From: an uncultured Methanosarcinaceae archaeon
Lineage (GTDB): Archaea > Halobacteriota > Methanosarcinia > Methanosarcinales > Methanosarcinaceae
Assembly: GCA_963833425.1 (NCBI GenBank)
Contig: CAWHXP010000003.1
Location: 64,001 to 128,000, forward strand
Direction of reading: 5' to 3'
DNA: 64,000 nt
The position numbers and the translations under genes were made by a program. How positions within the stretch are numbered: the stretch's first letter is position 1; every line of letters begins with the position of its first letter. A model generated the notes under the pieces. The model searched no databases, was not told the origin of the DNA, and worked only from the letters and a program-made list of their open reading frames with translations. Below are positions 10,347 to 23,015 of the stretch, piece after piece.

Positions 10347-11239
10347 TAGATGAGTCTCTACTATCTCCCCTTATCCACTCACTCCAGATACGTACTCTTA
10401 CAAGTATACTCTCACAAGTATATTTAATTTGAAATAAGACTAACATCTCCCAAGGCATTCTTTTTACCAGTTTGTGGTCTCTTTTTGGCCTATTCGGTTT
10501 TTCTACAGTATACTATTATCCCCATAATTATTTTAAATTAATCATACGAAAAATAGTTTCTAAACGAAAAATAATCCCGCATAAGATTCTTCACAATCAA
10601 AATATAATTAAGATTAATAATGATTTTTTTTGTTGTTTCCAAGTTTTTCATTCTATGGCAATTATTTTTTAATATTTTTTTGTATTTACTGAACATAAAA
10701 TCGGTAGAAATTTGTATATTCCAACGATCTATAGAACGATCAATTTTACAGACAGATAGGCAAAAATCTGGTTCTTCGTGGTTCTGTGTGGGTTAAAAAT
10801 AATTTTCCAGTTGAAAAGTGGCACTTTAAAAAGATTAGCATCGAGCAGAAACTTGATTTTCCCACAATATATTTTTTCACAGATTATGCATGTTGTACAT
10901 CCATTTAGAAAGTGAGAATATAATTTTCCCCTAAAATCGCAAGAGCCTAAAAAATTAACACATGTTGATTTTTTAGGGAAAGCATACATTCGATTTTGGT
11001 ACTTGACTGTGAAAATTCTTAGATATAATTATTTTCCGTATAATTAATTTAAGATAATTATGGGGATAATAGTATACTGTAGAAAAACCGAATAGGCCAA
11101 AAAGAGACCACAAACCGGTAAAAAGAATACCTTGGGAGATGTTAGTCTTATTTCAAATTAAATATACTTGTGAGAGTATACTTGTGAGAGTATAATACCT
11201 GAAGTTAGTGGATAAGGGGAGATAGTAGAGACTCATCTA
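10347..11239. repeat. Long inverted repeat: arms ~10347-10555 and ~11030-11239, spacer ~475 bp
   Basis: Left arm TAGATGAGTCTCTACTATCTCCCCTTATCCACT...GGCCTATTCGGTTTTTCTACAGTATACTATTATCCCCATAATTA is the reverse complement of the right arm with only scattered mismatches. Confidence 0.95.
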
Positions 11240-12445
11240 TTCTCTTTTAATGCGCTTGATTCGGCAGAATGCAAAATTTGATGTAAAATCTCAAATTTTG
11301 GAAAGTAATTGAGTAGGCAATATCACATTTAAAGAAAAATTAATAAACATATATAACAATGCATACATAATATATAACTAAAAACATATAGAAAAAATAT
11401 GGTAAATTCAAAACCATTTAATTTCCATTGGAAAACATTATAATACTCTATTTCAGTATACTTTTTGTTATAAAGCGAAGTGAGATACTTGTAGCATGCA
11501 GCTAAAATTCAAATGCTAACATAGAAAAATAATAATTCAATCGTGAATTATTACACAAAGATAAGAAAATAATAAGCAATGTGGAAGTTTCGGTAATTTT
11601 GGAAGCTTGTTCAAAAATTATGGAGCTAAGGCTGAAATAACATTTTCTCCAAAGACTCTATTTATAAAGATATTTAAAAAGGAAGGATTTGAATAAGAAA
11701 AAGCAGTTTGATGCTTTCCATTTACTAGAGGCTGTCTTTAAATTAGCCCTTGTAGAAAACCTATTATATCAATTGCAAAAGGCTGAAATTGGATAATAAA
11801 AAGACATCAGGTTATCAGCTTAGACTCATCTTTCAAAGATTGCGAAAAAACGATGGCAATAGACTGCATAATTAATATTTTAACTGAAAAATAGTCTGAT
11901 AGCGAATTCATTCAACTTTTAGAACTTTTGATACTTTAAAATCGATACGTTTAGAGCCTGCTAACTTACTAACATTTTTAGGTTACACTTATATACCAGT
12001 ATTACGGTTATGAATTTTTGTCATCAATAAACCCATTCTTGTATCTATTGCCTTTAAGCATCACGCATTTTAGTTATTTTTCGTCGTGTTCTTCAAATGT
12101 CTTTGAAGACATAGCTTAATTAATGAAAATTAGTTGTTCCAGACGATTTCTACAAAGCAATTAATATAAAAATGTATATAATACTTGGATTCTAAACAAA
12201 AAGAACTATTCTTTAGTTGCAACTTTAATTATTTCTGATCTGACCCTAAAATCCAAAAGTGAATCTCTGAATTATCTAAACCCAATGATTAATCGAGTTT
12301 TGGATCATGGAAACTGCTCAGAACCTTTGTATACAGAAAATAAAACTTATTTTGGGATGAGTTTCTCATTAGACGCACTATTGCAATTAAAGTCGAGTTT
12401 TCCGTTCAATCTGGAGAATTGAAAAAGACAAAATGATGTCTGGAT

Positions 12446-14751
12446 ATGAGCTTTATCATATATCCATCTTTGTCGCTGCTCTCTGGTCTGGCTATCTACC
12501 TTTTAGGGAAGAGGATGGAATGGAGCAGGCATGCTAAGATAGTAATGGGACTGATAGTCGCCCTGATATTCGCGATATTCAGCTTTTTTCTCTACGCGGA
12601 TATCATCCGCTGCCCATTTCCATTCTTTTCCCACATGAAAAGCTCGGAGTTCATGTTCCACAGCGATATAACTCACATCACAAAATCGATAGTTCCAAAG
12701 ATTGTCGTACTATTTCTGTTTCTGCTCTATCCGTTCTGGATCCTTGCCGGGTATGCCTACCCCATGCTCCTGGAAAAAAGAAGGCGCATTACTCAAGAGA
12801 TCTACACATACACTGATGTCAGGAGTAAGAAGGGCGCCCACGCGAAAAACATCAACTATATCAAAAACGATAGCAATATTGATGAATCCAGAGAGGACAC
12901 AGGCATCTACGGCCCACAGATCACAAATAAAGCAGCTGATTCCATGAAGTCATCGGATTATTCGGTTCAAAGGGGTGAAGATATACAAAAGTGTGGGCAG
13001 GACGCCATCGAGACTCCCTGGGTGGTATAGGCAATTCGTCAAGAAGAGCTACAAGGTACTAGTAAAGATCAACATCTGCGGGGGAGTGCCGGAAAGGATG
13101 GGAACATTCACTAGCATGAGGTTGCCGACGTCTTAGCGGATCTCATCCTGTCTGCCGGAGGCAAGCACACCTTTGCAGATGCCGACATGGTCTGGACCAA
13201 ATTCTGGCCGGCGGCGAAAGATTCAGGATTTGTGGGATGGGCCAAAAAGAAGGGAATAGATCTAGTCAATCTTTCCGAGACCAAGATTGTGCGCTTTGAC
13301 TTTGGCCAGGAGAGTGCTCTAGGCACAGAGAAGGAATCTAAGGAGTTAATCGATGCCGATGTGATCATCTCTGTCCCCACCATGAAAACTCATCGCCTCA
13401 CCGGAGTTACCCTGGGCATGAAGAATATGTACGGCACATTTCCGGACATCTACAAAGCCAAGTTCCACAAAAAGAGCATCGAGAATGCCATCCTTGAAGT
13501 AAATTCTGCCTTTACTCCCAATCTGGTTATAATCCGACGGAGCATAGGCGGCGAAGGGATAGGTCCTCTCTCTGCAACTTCGCTGGACTATAAGACCATT
13601 ATCGCCTCCAAAGATGTAGTCATGGCCGATTCCATTGCCTGCCAATTGATGGGCTATAAGCCCCTCCTGGACATCGAGCATATCAAGATGACCTCGGAGA
13701 AAGGACTAGGAGGCGCCACGGCACATTTCGATATGAGCAGCCTACCCTACCCCCATCCAAAGGATGGCAACTGGGAGCGTCCCAATCCACAGGTCAAGGA
13801 CTTCTATGAATGGGGCATAGAGCTAATCCTGATGTTTCCCGGCTGGGAGACTTTTTCTAATATTAGGGCGGACTTCCTGCTCTATGATACCGCCCGCCTG
13901 CCGGTATTGCGTTATCTGATCCCAGCATTTCTCCAACTCCTGCACGATTTCGTCTACACTAATCTCAAGGGGATCAAAAGCACTTTAGGAGACATCACCA
14001 GGAGAGTAATCAATATCAACTTGATAGCTCTGGTGGCATTGGGATACGCTATCGGCTACTATGCAGATGGATATATTTGGAAGTCCAGCCTACTCTTTGA
14101 GTGCAGCTACATTCTGGTAATAGCAATTGCCGCTCTGGCTTCGGCCAGAATGAAGACCATTTCCATCATATCGCTTTTGGCAACATCATCTCTAGTCTGT
14201 TATGTGGTAGAACATACTAACATAAAGACAGGGCTTCTCCAGTACACAGGAAGCACAGATGTAACCATCTTCACCATATCTGGCTGGATATTGATAATGG
14301 TTGTCATATTGCAGCTATCCGATTTCCAAAAGGTGTGGCTGATTAGACTGGAGATCTTTAAGAAAATAAAAAACTGGAGGCTATTTCCTTTTTTGGTGGC
14401 GCTAGCTATCTTTGTCCTGTTCTCTTACTGGGAGGGGTATCTGGCCATATCGAGTATAAATGTGCTGGTGATATATGCGGTCCTGGTTGCCATTGGTATG
14501 CTCTACTCCAGGGAAGCACTCCATTGAATGGAATCTCACTAGTGGTGGTAAGTGTGGTTGTAGGCGGCTACATGGAACTGCTGGGGTCAATGGCAGGATA
14601 CTGGACTTACAGTTTCCATTGGACCTTGGCTATATTCTTTGCCCTCTCCTGGGCATTGAAACACCATGGCCGTTCACGGACTAGCCTACGTTCTCCGCAT
14701 AGATCTGGGAGATCTGGAGGAAAGGCATCTCTTGCCCAGGAATTAGAATAA
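12446..14751 (+). pseudogene. Membrane-fused DUF362 (LarA-like fold) protein, split by frameshifts
   Basis: N-terminal TM helices, then DUF362 motifs (KVLVKINICGG, SVPTMKTH, GVTLGMKNMYG, IIASKDVVMADS) and a C-terminal multi-TM region. Frame breaks at ~13015, ~13075 and ~14520. Confidence 0.75.
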
Positions 14752-15697
14752 AAGAAATCCGGGAGGGAAGATCTTTTACCTCAATTTCCATCGGAATAAA
14801 CTTTCCATCCGGAATAAGGAGCAAAGAGAACGTTAAGGGGAGATACTCACATGAAATAGGTAACTTTGGCTTTGAGGTGAGTCAAAATTATCCCTTCAAC
14901 AAAAAGCTCTGTGACAATAATTTTTACTTCAGACAATGGATGTTATTTTAGTGATAGCAGGATTAATGTTAACATCTTCAACTACAATAAAAAGATACCT
15001 ATATCGAAATTAGGCTCGCTGAGAAAAATTTAAAATATGTAGGTGGTACTGGTATAGTGCTCATTGTTATAGGCGTGTTTGTACTATTAAAATCTTATAA
15101 TTTAATTCAATTCATAGCCAAGCTGGTAGATTATCTCTCTACTTGACTAAGATTCTTTGAAATGACCAAAACGAGGGCTATAGATAATTTTTGCATGTAC
15201 TTTTGAGCAGTTTAGATCCAATGGCTGAAAAACTTTCTTTGAGATACAATTTTATGCTTTTTTGTTTTAAAAGTACCATATAACAACTATATTTTTTGTC
15301 TTTATGCATACAGATTTTCACTCTAAAAACTATATTCAATCTAAATCAGAGAGACAGAGATTTTGTTAGCATAAACACGATTTTACATCATTTTATCTTT
15401 TTTCCTTTTCACCTTAATCTAGATTTCAGCACTTTGCAAGCTCGCTAGAATTTTTTAGGATTTTTAAAGTCTTGTTAATATTTTTAAATTTTGTATAAAT
15501 GTCTTCATCCTCTTTTAATTGCTGAGGACATCTTCTTTAATTTGTCTTTTCCTAAATATATACATCTATATGTACAGATTGATTTTGTTTATACTATATT
15601 TGATACATACAAAGAATATATAATAAGTAACGTGTATTTAGGATTTTGGTAATAATTTTCTTTTAATTTAGAGTTACTACAAGAAAAACTATATCTT

Positions 15698-16465
15698 ATG
15701 GAAAAGGAAAGGAGTTACAGTGTGCAGAAAATTTTAAAAAATAACATAAGTAAGGCTGACATTACAAGAATTAATCTCAACGAGAGCGACTTTAAGAGAT
15801 TTAATCTTATAGGGATCGACCTTAGAGAAGCTAACCTAAAAGAATCCAACTTTGAAGGGGTTAATCTTATGGGAGCCAAACTAGAAGGCTCTAACCTTGA
15901 AGGAGCTAATTTTAGAGAAGCTAACCTTAAATGGGCTAACCTTAGAAAAGCTAACCTTGAAGGAGCTAACCTTGAAAGAGCCAATCTTATAGAAGTTGAC
16001 CTTAGAGAAGCTAATCTTATGGACACTAATCTCGAAGGAGCTAATCTTGAAGGAGCTAACCTTATAAAAACTAATTTCTATGGAGCTGACCTTCAAAAAG
16101 CTAATCTTGAAAAAGCTAATCTTGAAAAAGCTAATCTTGAAGGGACTAACCTTGTAGAAGCTAACCTTGAAAAAGCTAACCTTATGGGAGCTAATCTTCA
16201 GTGGGTTTACCTTAAAGGAGTTAACCTCAAAGAAGCAGACCTTCAAGAAGCTAACCTTAAAGACGCTTACCTTAAAGAAGTTTACCTTGAGAAGGCTAAT
16301 CTTAAGAAGGCTAACCTTGAATCAGCTTTCCTTGGAGAAGCTTACGGACTATCACTTGACCAACTTTCTAAAGTGAAAACACTTTACGATACTAAATTAG
16401 ACGAAAAACTTCTCATACAATTAAAAGAGAAATATCCTGTCCTTTTTGAAGAAACTAACGGATGA
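15698..16465 (+). CDS. Pentapeptide repeat protein
   Basis: Long run of A(N/D)Lxx repeats and a C-terminal LSKVKTLYDTKLDE..KEKYP cap. Confidence 0.95.
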   Translation: MEKERSYSVQKILKNNISKADITRINLNESDFKRFNLIGIDLREANLKESNFEGVNLMGAKLEGSNLEGANFREANLKWANLRKANLEGANLERANLIEVDLREANLMDTNLEGANLEGANLIKTNFYGADLQKANLEKANLEKANLEGTNLVEANLEKANLMGANLQWVYLKGVNLKEADLQEANLKDAYLKEVYLEKANLKKANLESAFLGEAYGLSLDQLSKVKTLYDTKLDEKLLIQLKEKYPVLFEETNG

Positions 16466-16900
16466 GCGGATATTATCAAAATTTCCAATCCGGTTTATCA
16501 TTTTCCGTTATTTTATGATAATTAATGCATATGTTTTAAGACTAAAAACTGTGCGTTTTTGAGATAGTAAAGAATGCAATCAAAGTCATTATTCCTGAAA
16601 TTCTACTCAAAGCTGTCAATGCATCATATGGGAAAGTTACTTGAGCTGACCATTATAAAGAACATTCAGATAATATTGAAGAAAAATTTGCAAATGGCTT
16701 TTTCTAACATAGATGTAAATAAAATATTTTGAGTTCATAACTTATATATGTGTATATGTGATCATATTTACTGAAAAAGATGTAGCTATGCTGTATATCA
16801 CAATTTAATAAAGTTAAAAGAAGTACATCTGATTTTGAAATCATTGGATATGGGTTAAGAACTTACTACATTTATTTATTCAAATCTAGGAATTCTTAAA

Positions 16901-17344
16901 ATGCAAATTTTTAATAAAACTAGTTTTCAAATTATATTACAGCCAGATAAGGGAGACACTCTGTCAAAATACTGGCAAGATCAATGTAAGTGTTTTTATG
17001 ATGAAATATATATGATACTGCCAGAAGGTTCGATAAAACCTTTGACTCTAGAAGGTGTTGTGGGGGGAAAAAATAGTAATTGTAAATTATATAATCAATT
17101 AGAAGTACTCACGGAGCCTTTTGCTGCAAAACCCATAGCATTTAAATTTTTTGAAGCGTTTCAAGAAGTACTTAAAATTTGGTCTAATCACCAACCAACT
17201 GCTGATATTATAATAATATGTGCCGACGAAAGCACCACAAAGATTACACAACTATTTGTCTCAAAATTAATAGAATATTCTAAAAAAAATCAGCATTTGT
17301 CCGTCGTCCAGGTCCTAAATAATTTTAAGAGTTTTACGGAATAA
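16901..17344 (+). CDS. Hypothetical protein (147 aa)
   Basis: Intact ORF with ATG; no confidently recognised motif. Confidence 0.65.
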   Translation: MQIFNKTSFQIILQPDKGDTLSKYWQDQCKCFYDEIYMILPEGSIKPLTLEGVVGGKNSNCKLYNQLEVLTEPFAAKPIAFKFFEAFQEVLKIWSNHQPTADIIIICADESTTKITQLFVSKLIEYSKKNQHLSVVQVLNNFKSFTE

Positions 17345-17792
17345 TATATTTATATAAGGACCATTAATAAAAATAATTTGGCTGATATTAGGAATAATCA
17401 TCCAAATTTTAATTAATAATTAAAGTTTGCAATAGCGGACGCTACCAAAATTAAGAAAATTTTTGCATGTGGGTATATTTTATTTTTACAATCTTATTTT
17501 TCTGATATCCATTTAAAATTAATATTCTAAGTCAAGTTTTTGTTATACTATAAATTTGTTATACTGTATGTAATTGTGTTTTTCAGAAGTACTGTGAATA
17601 AGCGCATATAATGATCAGTACAGCACTTAAAGTCAAAATTGCTCATTATAGAATTAATAAAAGTTTCTTTAATTTTAAGAGACTCTCTTATTTGAAAGAT
17701 TGTTATCATTCTTGATCCCTCATGGAACATTTGGAACTGATTAAACTAAAGCATAATCATAAATAGAAGATTTCAAAATAGAAAATTTGAAA

Positions 17793-18083
17793 TTAAAACG
17801 ATACGGTACAAATTGCAAACAAATAGCCATATATTTTGTGTCGCGCAACGTTGACCGTGGCTGCAAGTATAACAGATGCTGCCATAGTGCTGTCCCTATC
17901 ACAAGTATGGTGGTGATAGGTGTGTTTTATGATTTCAACATTTTCTACTTCAACTACTATTTTTATTCTCTCTAGCAACAACAGGTTCTGCACTTACTTC
18001 TGCAGCTGTCCTGATACCACAAAAAGAACTGCCAGCAAACTAGCCAGTGCTGCTGTCATTCTAATAGATGATTGCCCCAACAT
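17793..18083 (-). pseudogene. Small secreted protein (signal peptide MLGQSSIRMTAALASLLAVLFVVS), decayed
   Basis: SD plus ATG at 18083; paralogous 5' end at 50831; frameshift after the signal peptide. Confidence 0.55.
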
Positions 18084-18729
18084 TTATTTCACACCTTTAT
18101 GGCTAAAATTAATAATTATAAAGGAATTTGTTTTTAGTAACTATTCAAACTATCAAAAATTGATTGGCTGAGATCTATTCTATTGCGCCAAGATATTCGA
18201 TGAACGAATTACTTACTGGGCTTAATTCGTTATTTTAAATTAATTACACAAAAAATAGTTTCTAAAGAAAACTTATTTTCCTCTTTTCATCGGACATTAT
18301 CGGATAATTAGATTTTCAAAGTTAAAAACACTTTCTATATTCTGATCGCTGAACGAGCACATAAAAACATAGGAAAATTTAATATTATATTACTAGAACT
18401 TCCACTCTGGCTTTTTTATTTCCGGATTTTTATGATGTAACTTAAGGTTTAACCTTCTATTTTTTGGATCAATATTTAAATGTTAATCCTTGAATTATGC
18501 ACAGCTTTTGCTATAAAAATCTATGTATCTATGAAACAATCGGTGTGTCTTCTGAAAGATTAAAATTCGAAAATTTCCTTTCTGATCATTCTAAATAGTA
18601 AATATTTATTTCAGCAGCTTTTAGTATCAAAGAGTGATCTCAATGAATACTTAGAGGAGTTTTATGGATCTAGAAACTCTCGCTCATCGAGCATCAGATA
18701 TTCTCTTCCCCGCCTTGCCTTTCATTTAT

Positions 18730-20188
18730 GAGGGAAAAGATGTTGTAGTAAAAAAAGTTGGTGACGTACTTCTTGAAGAAGGTATCAAAAACAGATAGAT
18801 ATTTCATTGGTATTTAAAAAAGAAAATATTATTCAATTACCGGGGATTACCGAGGATACTGCAAAAAAAATTGCCCAGATAGCTAATAAAAATTGGGATG
18901 AAATTGAATTTAATAATACTGTAGGCTCAATTTTTATGCCTATAGGTATCATAAGCCAACTATTTTTGGCAATTCCGGATGAAAAAATACATTTAAAACA
19001 TATTTTAATAACTTGTCATCTGCTCCATAAATGCGGTATTTTCAAAGAAAAAAAACCTTTCTTTTAGATTGGATTACACTTTTTTGTGATGTATACTATG
19101 AATTTAAAACGAAAAAATGGGAATGGGAAAACTCTTTAGAAGAACTTGAAGGATATCATCTTATACAATTATTATCAGCTTCCACAATTTGGGTTGAAGA
19201 AGTTTATTTGGAGCGAATATATAATCCAAAGAATCGAATTTCTGATTTAACTTTATATAGGACAATGATAGACTGTTTTTCAAATAATCCAGACGTTTTT
19301 TTTGATTGTCCTGAAGTATTATTTCGGTTTACAAACAATCCTTATTATTTTCTAGGAGTTTTAGATGATAAAAAAGTAAAACTATATATCCTGGCAAAAA
19401 ACGTATGTGAAAAGGCAATAATTGAGACTCTAAAGAATTCAATTGAGAATGTTCAGTATCACAAATTTCTTGGAATTTCATATCGTGTTCTGTCAGAAAT
19501 GGATGAGAAAGATCAAATTTTTAATGCCAAAAAAGCGATTAAATCATGTGTTAAATCTTGTAGATATTTTGAGTCAAGTAGTGATTCCTCAAGAGGTTAT
19601 GCAATTTGGAAATCCGACCTTGGAACTGCATATCGACACCTTGCCGAAGTAACTTCTCAGGCAAATAAAAAAAGAATCTATTGTAATAAAGGAATAAAAG
19701 CTTGTGAGGAAGCTCTCCAAATTAAGGAGTGCCCCCTCGTATATCATGCCACCACTTATACCATCCTTGGAACGTTACATAGAATTCTTGGTGAAGTAGA
19801 ATATGAGAAAAAAAACTACAATCAAGTAATAGACAATTGTACGAAAGCAAAAAGATATTGTAAAGAAGCTTTAAACATCTACACAAAGAACAATCTTACA
19901 ATTCAAGTTGCTACCACACAATACGTGTTAGGAAAAATTTACAAATTGCTTGCAGAAGAAAAAAAATCACTTAATGTCAGAACATTCAGAGATTTTAAAA
20001 TTGATTTTGCAAAGACTCAAGTAATATTGAGAGATGCATATTTGATTCTCTCGAAATTTGAAAATGAATCAAATAATCGTACTAACGCAAAAATTGCTTA
20101 TGAAACAGCATTAAATGTATTTTCAAATACTAAATTCCCAAGATTACATGATTCCATTCAATCTAAGATTAAAAAAAAGAATGATTAA
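18730..20188 (+). pseudogene. TPR-repeat protein split by a frameshift near 19055
   Basis: TPR-like units (YAIWKSDLGTAYRHLAEV, ATTYTILGTLHRILGEV, ATTQYVLGKIYKLLAE); overlapping ORFs 18807-19067 and 19031-20188 meet at an A-run. Confidence 0.7.
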
Positions 20189-20310
20189 TAAATATTTTTA
20201 GACATTAGAGCGTGATTTAGAAAATAACGTTGTACGAATTTAGATACAATTAAAATATATGAAATACTGAACAGTAATAAATAATTAAATAATTATATGT
20301 TGTTTTACTA

Positions 20311-20883
20311 ATGCAAAATCAGGAAGATATAATGATACTGAGTCATAAGAACAAAAGTCCAAAGATTTCAAAGACTGTTTTTATTGCAGACTCTGCAGAT
20401 ATAATTGGAGATGTAGAAGTAGCAGATTTTTCAAGTATATGGTTTAATGCTACAATTAGAGGAGATCAAAATAAAATAATAATTGGAAACAGAACAAGTA
20501 TCCAGGATAATATGGTAATTCATGCAGATATTGTTAATGGAGTGAAAATCGGGGATAATGTAAGTGTAGGACATGGAGATGTACTTCATGGATGTAAAAT
20601 AGAAAATAATGTTATTATAAGAATGAATTCTACAGTGCTAAATGGAGTTGATATCGGGAAAAATTCCATAATCGACGCAAATTCACTGATACCTGAAGGG
20701 AAAAATTTTCCTGAAAAAAGCTTAATTATTGGAGTTCCAGGAAAGACAAAAAGAGAAATTGACGAAGCTGAAATCAAATCCATAGCAAAAAATGCCGAAA
20801 AATATGTAGAGCTTACAAAAGAGTATAAAAAGAATAAAGAAGACTCCAAAGATATAAGGAGAGATATTCCGTTGCAAAAATAA
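20311..20883 (+). CDS. Gamma-class carbonic anhydrase family protein (YrdA/CamH-like)
   Basis: Hexapeptide repeats; IRGD, IQDNMVIH and VGHGDVLHGC metal-ligand motifs. Confidence 0.9.
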   Translation: MQNQEDIMILSHKNKSPKISKTVFIADSADIIGDVEVADFSSIWFNATIRGDQNKIIIGNRTSIQDNMVIHADIVNGVKIGDNVSVGHGDVLHGCKIENNVIIRMNSTVLNGVDIGKNSIIDANSLIPEGKNFPEKSLIIGVPGKTKREIDEAEIKSIAKNAEKYVELTKEYKKNKEDSKDIRRDIPLQK

Positions 20884-21103
20884 TTGATTAATATATTTAG
20901 CTTCATTAATATCAGAGTAGTTTAGATACTTAGAGATGAAACATAAAAAATATCAAAACATTTTTCATGGTTATTTCTCAAACCTTTTTGTGGGATTACT
21001 GAAAAATTAAGTTCCTGATTTAGTTATTCATATTTTGAATTTTGTTTAAGTACTCGAGTATTATTTTTTTCTGATATTTTCTATTTATGATTATTCTCCA
21101 GTC

Positions 21104-21253
21104 GGTTCCGTTGCAGAAAATCAGAACATTTTATAAAATCGCTGAAAATCTTCACAATCAGGTAATTTGAGTGATCAAATTGGGATTAAAATATCATTTA
21201 AAGGAAATAATAATGACCTCAAAGTAAAGAAAAATTATTTTTGCAACAGAACC
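21104..21253. mobile_element. IS6-derived MITE (150 bp)
   Basis: TIRs GGTTCCGTTGCA ... TGCAACAGAACC, matching the IS6 end at 1706. Confidence 0.85.
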
Positions 21254-21449
21254 ATATATCTTGTTTTAAACTTTGCATATAGGATGGAGATTGCTGACAA
21301 CATCATAGAACAGATCCAAGCACGATGTGTTCATTTATTAAATATTATGCAAAATAATATTCTCTAATCAGTTTGCAGAAAAAAATCGCATCATTTAATC
21401 TGGCTCTTAAAGAACCATCTTAGATTAACACTATTAAAAATGCAATTGA

Positions 21450-21670
21450 ACTGCGGTCAACCCAGATGGAACAAAAGCGTATGTAACAAGCAGTGCCAGC
21501 GGCGACAATAATGTCTCTGCAATTACACAGCCACACAACACTCACTGTTGCAGCCAGGGTGAATACAGGAAACAGCCCTGAAAGAGTCGCAGTCACACCC
21601 GATGGATCAAAAGTAATGTTGCAAATTCTGGTAACATCAGTGTTTTGAATTGACATTTCAAATAACTCAA
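21450..21670 (+). pseudogene. YVTN beta-propeller surface protein fragment
   Basis: AVNPDGTKAYVT..NNVSAI and TGNSPERVAVTPDGSKV repeats with frameshifts. Confidence 0.8.
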
Positions 21671-22160
21671 CAGAAATATCAAATTCAGATCTTCATAGCT
21701 ATATGCAAAGCTTTTTCGTCTAAACGTTCCAGGTTAAGACTTGTTTGAGTAAACATAAACAAAAAAACCACTCGAAACACAAATATGCCAAAAAAATTTA
21801 TAAGTGTAAAGTAACTAAAATAATTGATGCATAGTTCCATTACATGTAAGTAATGACAGCAACGAAGAACTTAGATCCTGGCTTACGGTGTCCATAGCAT
21901 ATGGGAAGAACAAAACAGTCCATAGCCAGTACTGACTGCATTCCTGCTATATTAGAACTTGTCGATGTCCATGTTTTTTACCTGGGTATCCAAAATATTT
22001 ACACTTATAAGCCCACAAAAGTTTGCTAGGGATATTGCTGAGGGACATCAGGCAACCCAAATCTCAAGACCATTTAATGTGAATATTACCCAGTTTAATT
22101 AGCACTATATAGTATATATGCAGAAGATATATAATACATCAAATCTAGTTATTATTTAAA

Positions 22161-22265
22161 GGTATTCTAGTACCTAGCATTCTACCTTCTCTCGGGCTGC
22201 AGGATCTCTTCACCTGCAGCTAACAAGATCAACTTTTTTGACAAACAAGATCAACCTGGTCACAT
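22161..22265 (+). ncRNA. Putative structured small RNA, copy 1 of 3
   Basis: BRE/TATA (CAGAAG ATATATAA, TATA at 22127) upstream; hairpins GGTA-TTCTAG-TACC and GCTGCAGG-loop-CCTGCAGC; ACAAGATCAAC twice. Confidence 0.6.
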
Positions 22266-22914
22266 AAAGTAAAAAACAAAAAAGTTGAATTTTGATCTTT
22301 TAATCGATACTACTATTGTTTGAAACTTCCAATTTTTGTGGATAATAGGTTCCAACGGATGGAAAAGATCCGAAAGTCTTAGATCCTTAATTGCTCAATC
22401 TTGTGACAGTATGTCTAATTTAAGACTATTGTACCACAGCAGACCACGTTCACGGAGCTTTGTAGCATTTTTAATTTTCTCCATATCCAAGCTCATTCAT
22501 ATACAGGAGTTTTGTGTTGAATTTGCGACAAATCAAGAGACATCTTCTACAGTGGAATTAGAGTCGTTATTTTAATATTTTTTCATACTCTGTTCAAAGA
22601 TTCATTAAAATATATATAATCTTATTCAGTTTAATTAAGTATAGGGCAAGTTTATGATTTAAGTCAAAAATGAATGATTATAGGATTATGAAAGGCATTT
22701 TCTTGAGTTTGGTAAGGATCTTAATCCTATTGACAATCCAAAACATTCAGTAGGGACTTTGATCAAGCCTTTTAGTGATTTGCGGAGAAAGGCTCCATCC
22801 GTTATATTTCATGAGATAAGGACCACACAACTGATATATTAATTAGTTTATGGAAGTACAATTTAGGATATATACAAAACCTATATAATAGATTGATTTG
22901 AGTTCTAATTTATA

Positions 22915-23015
22915 GGTTCTCCCGTAGCTCCAACCCAGCCATTCTACCGGACTTCAGGCATTGATCACCTGCATTTCACAAGATCAACTTTTTGACACTA
23001 AGACGAGCCGGTTTA
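22915..23015 (+). ncRNA. Putative structured small RNA, copy 2 of 3 (most diverged)
   Basis: CTATATAA at 22881 with the same 34-nt spacing; CAGG..TCACCTGCA and ACAAGATCAACTTTTTGACA conserved. Confidence 0.55.

Noticed and set aside
11725..12160. Possible nested IS ends (CTTGTAGAAA...TTTCTACAAAG; GAGCCTGCTAAC)
   Set aside because: Too short and degenerate, with no recognisable transposase sequence.
15715..16376. Antisense and alternate-frame ORFs over the pentapeptide gene
   Set aside because: Shadows of the 15-bp coding periodicity.
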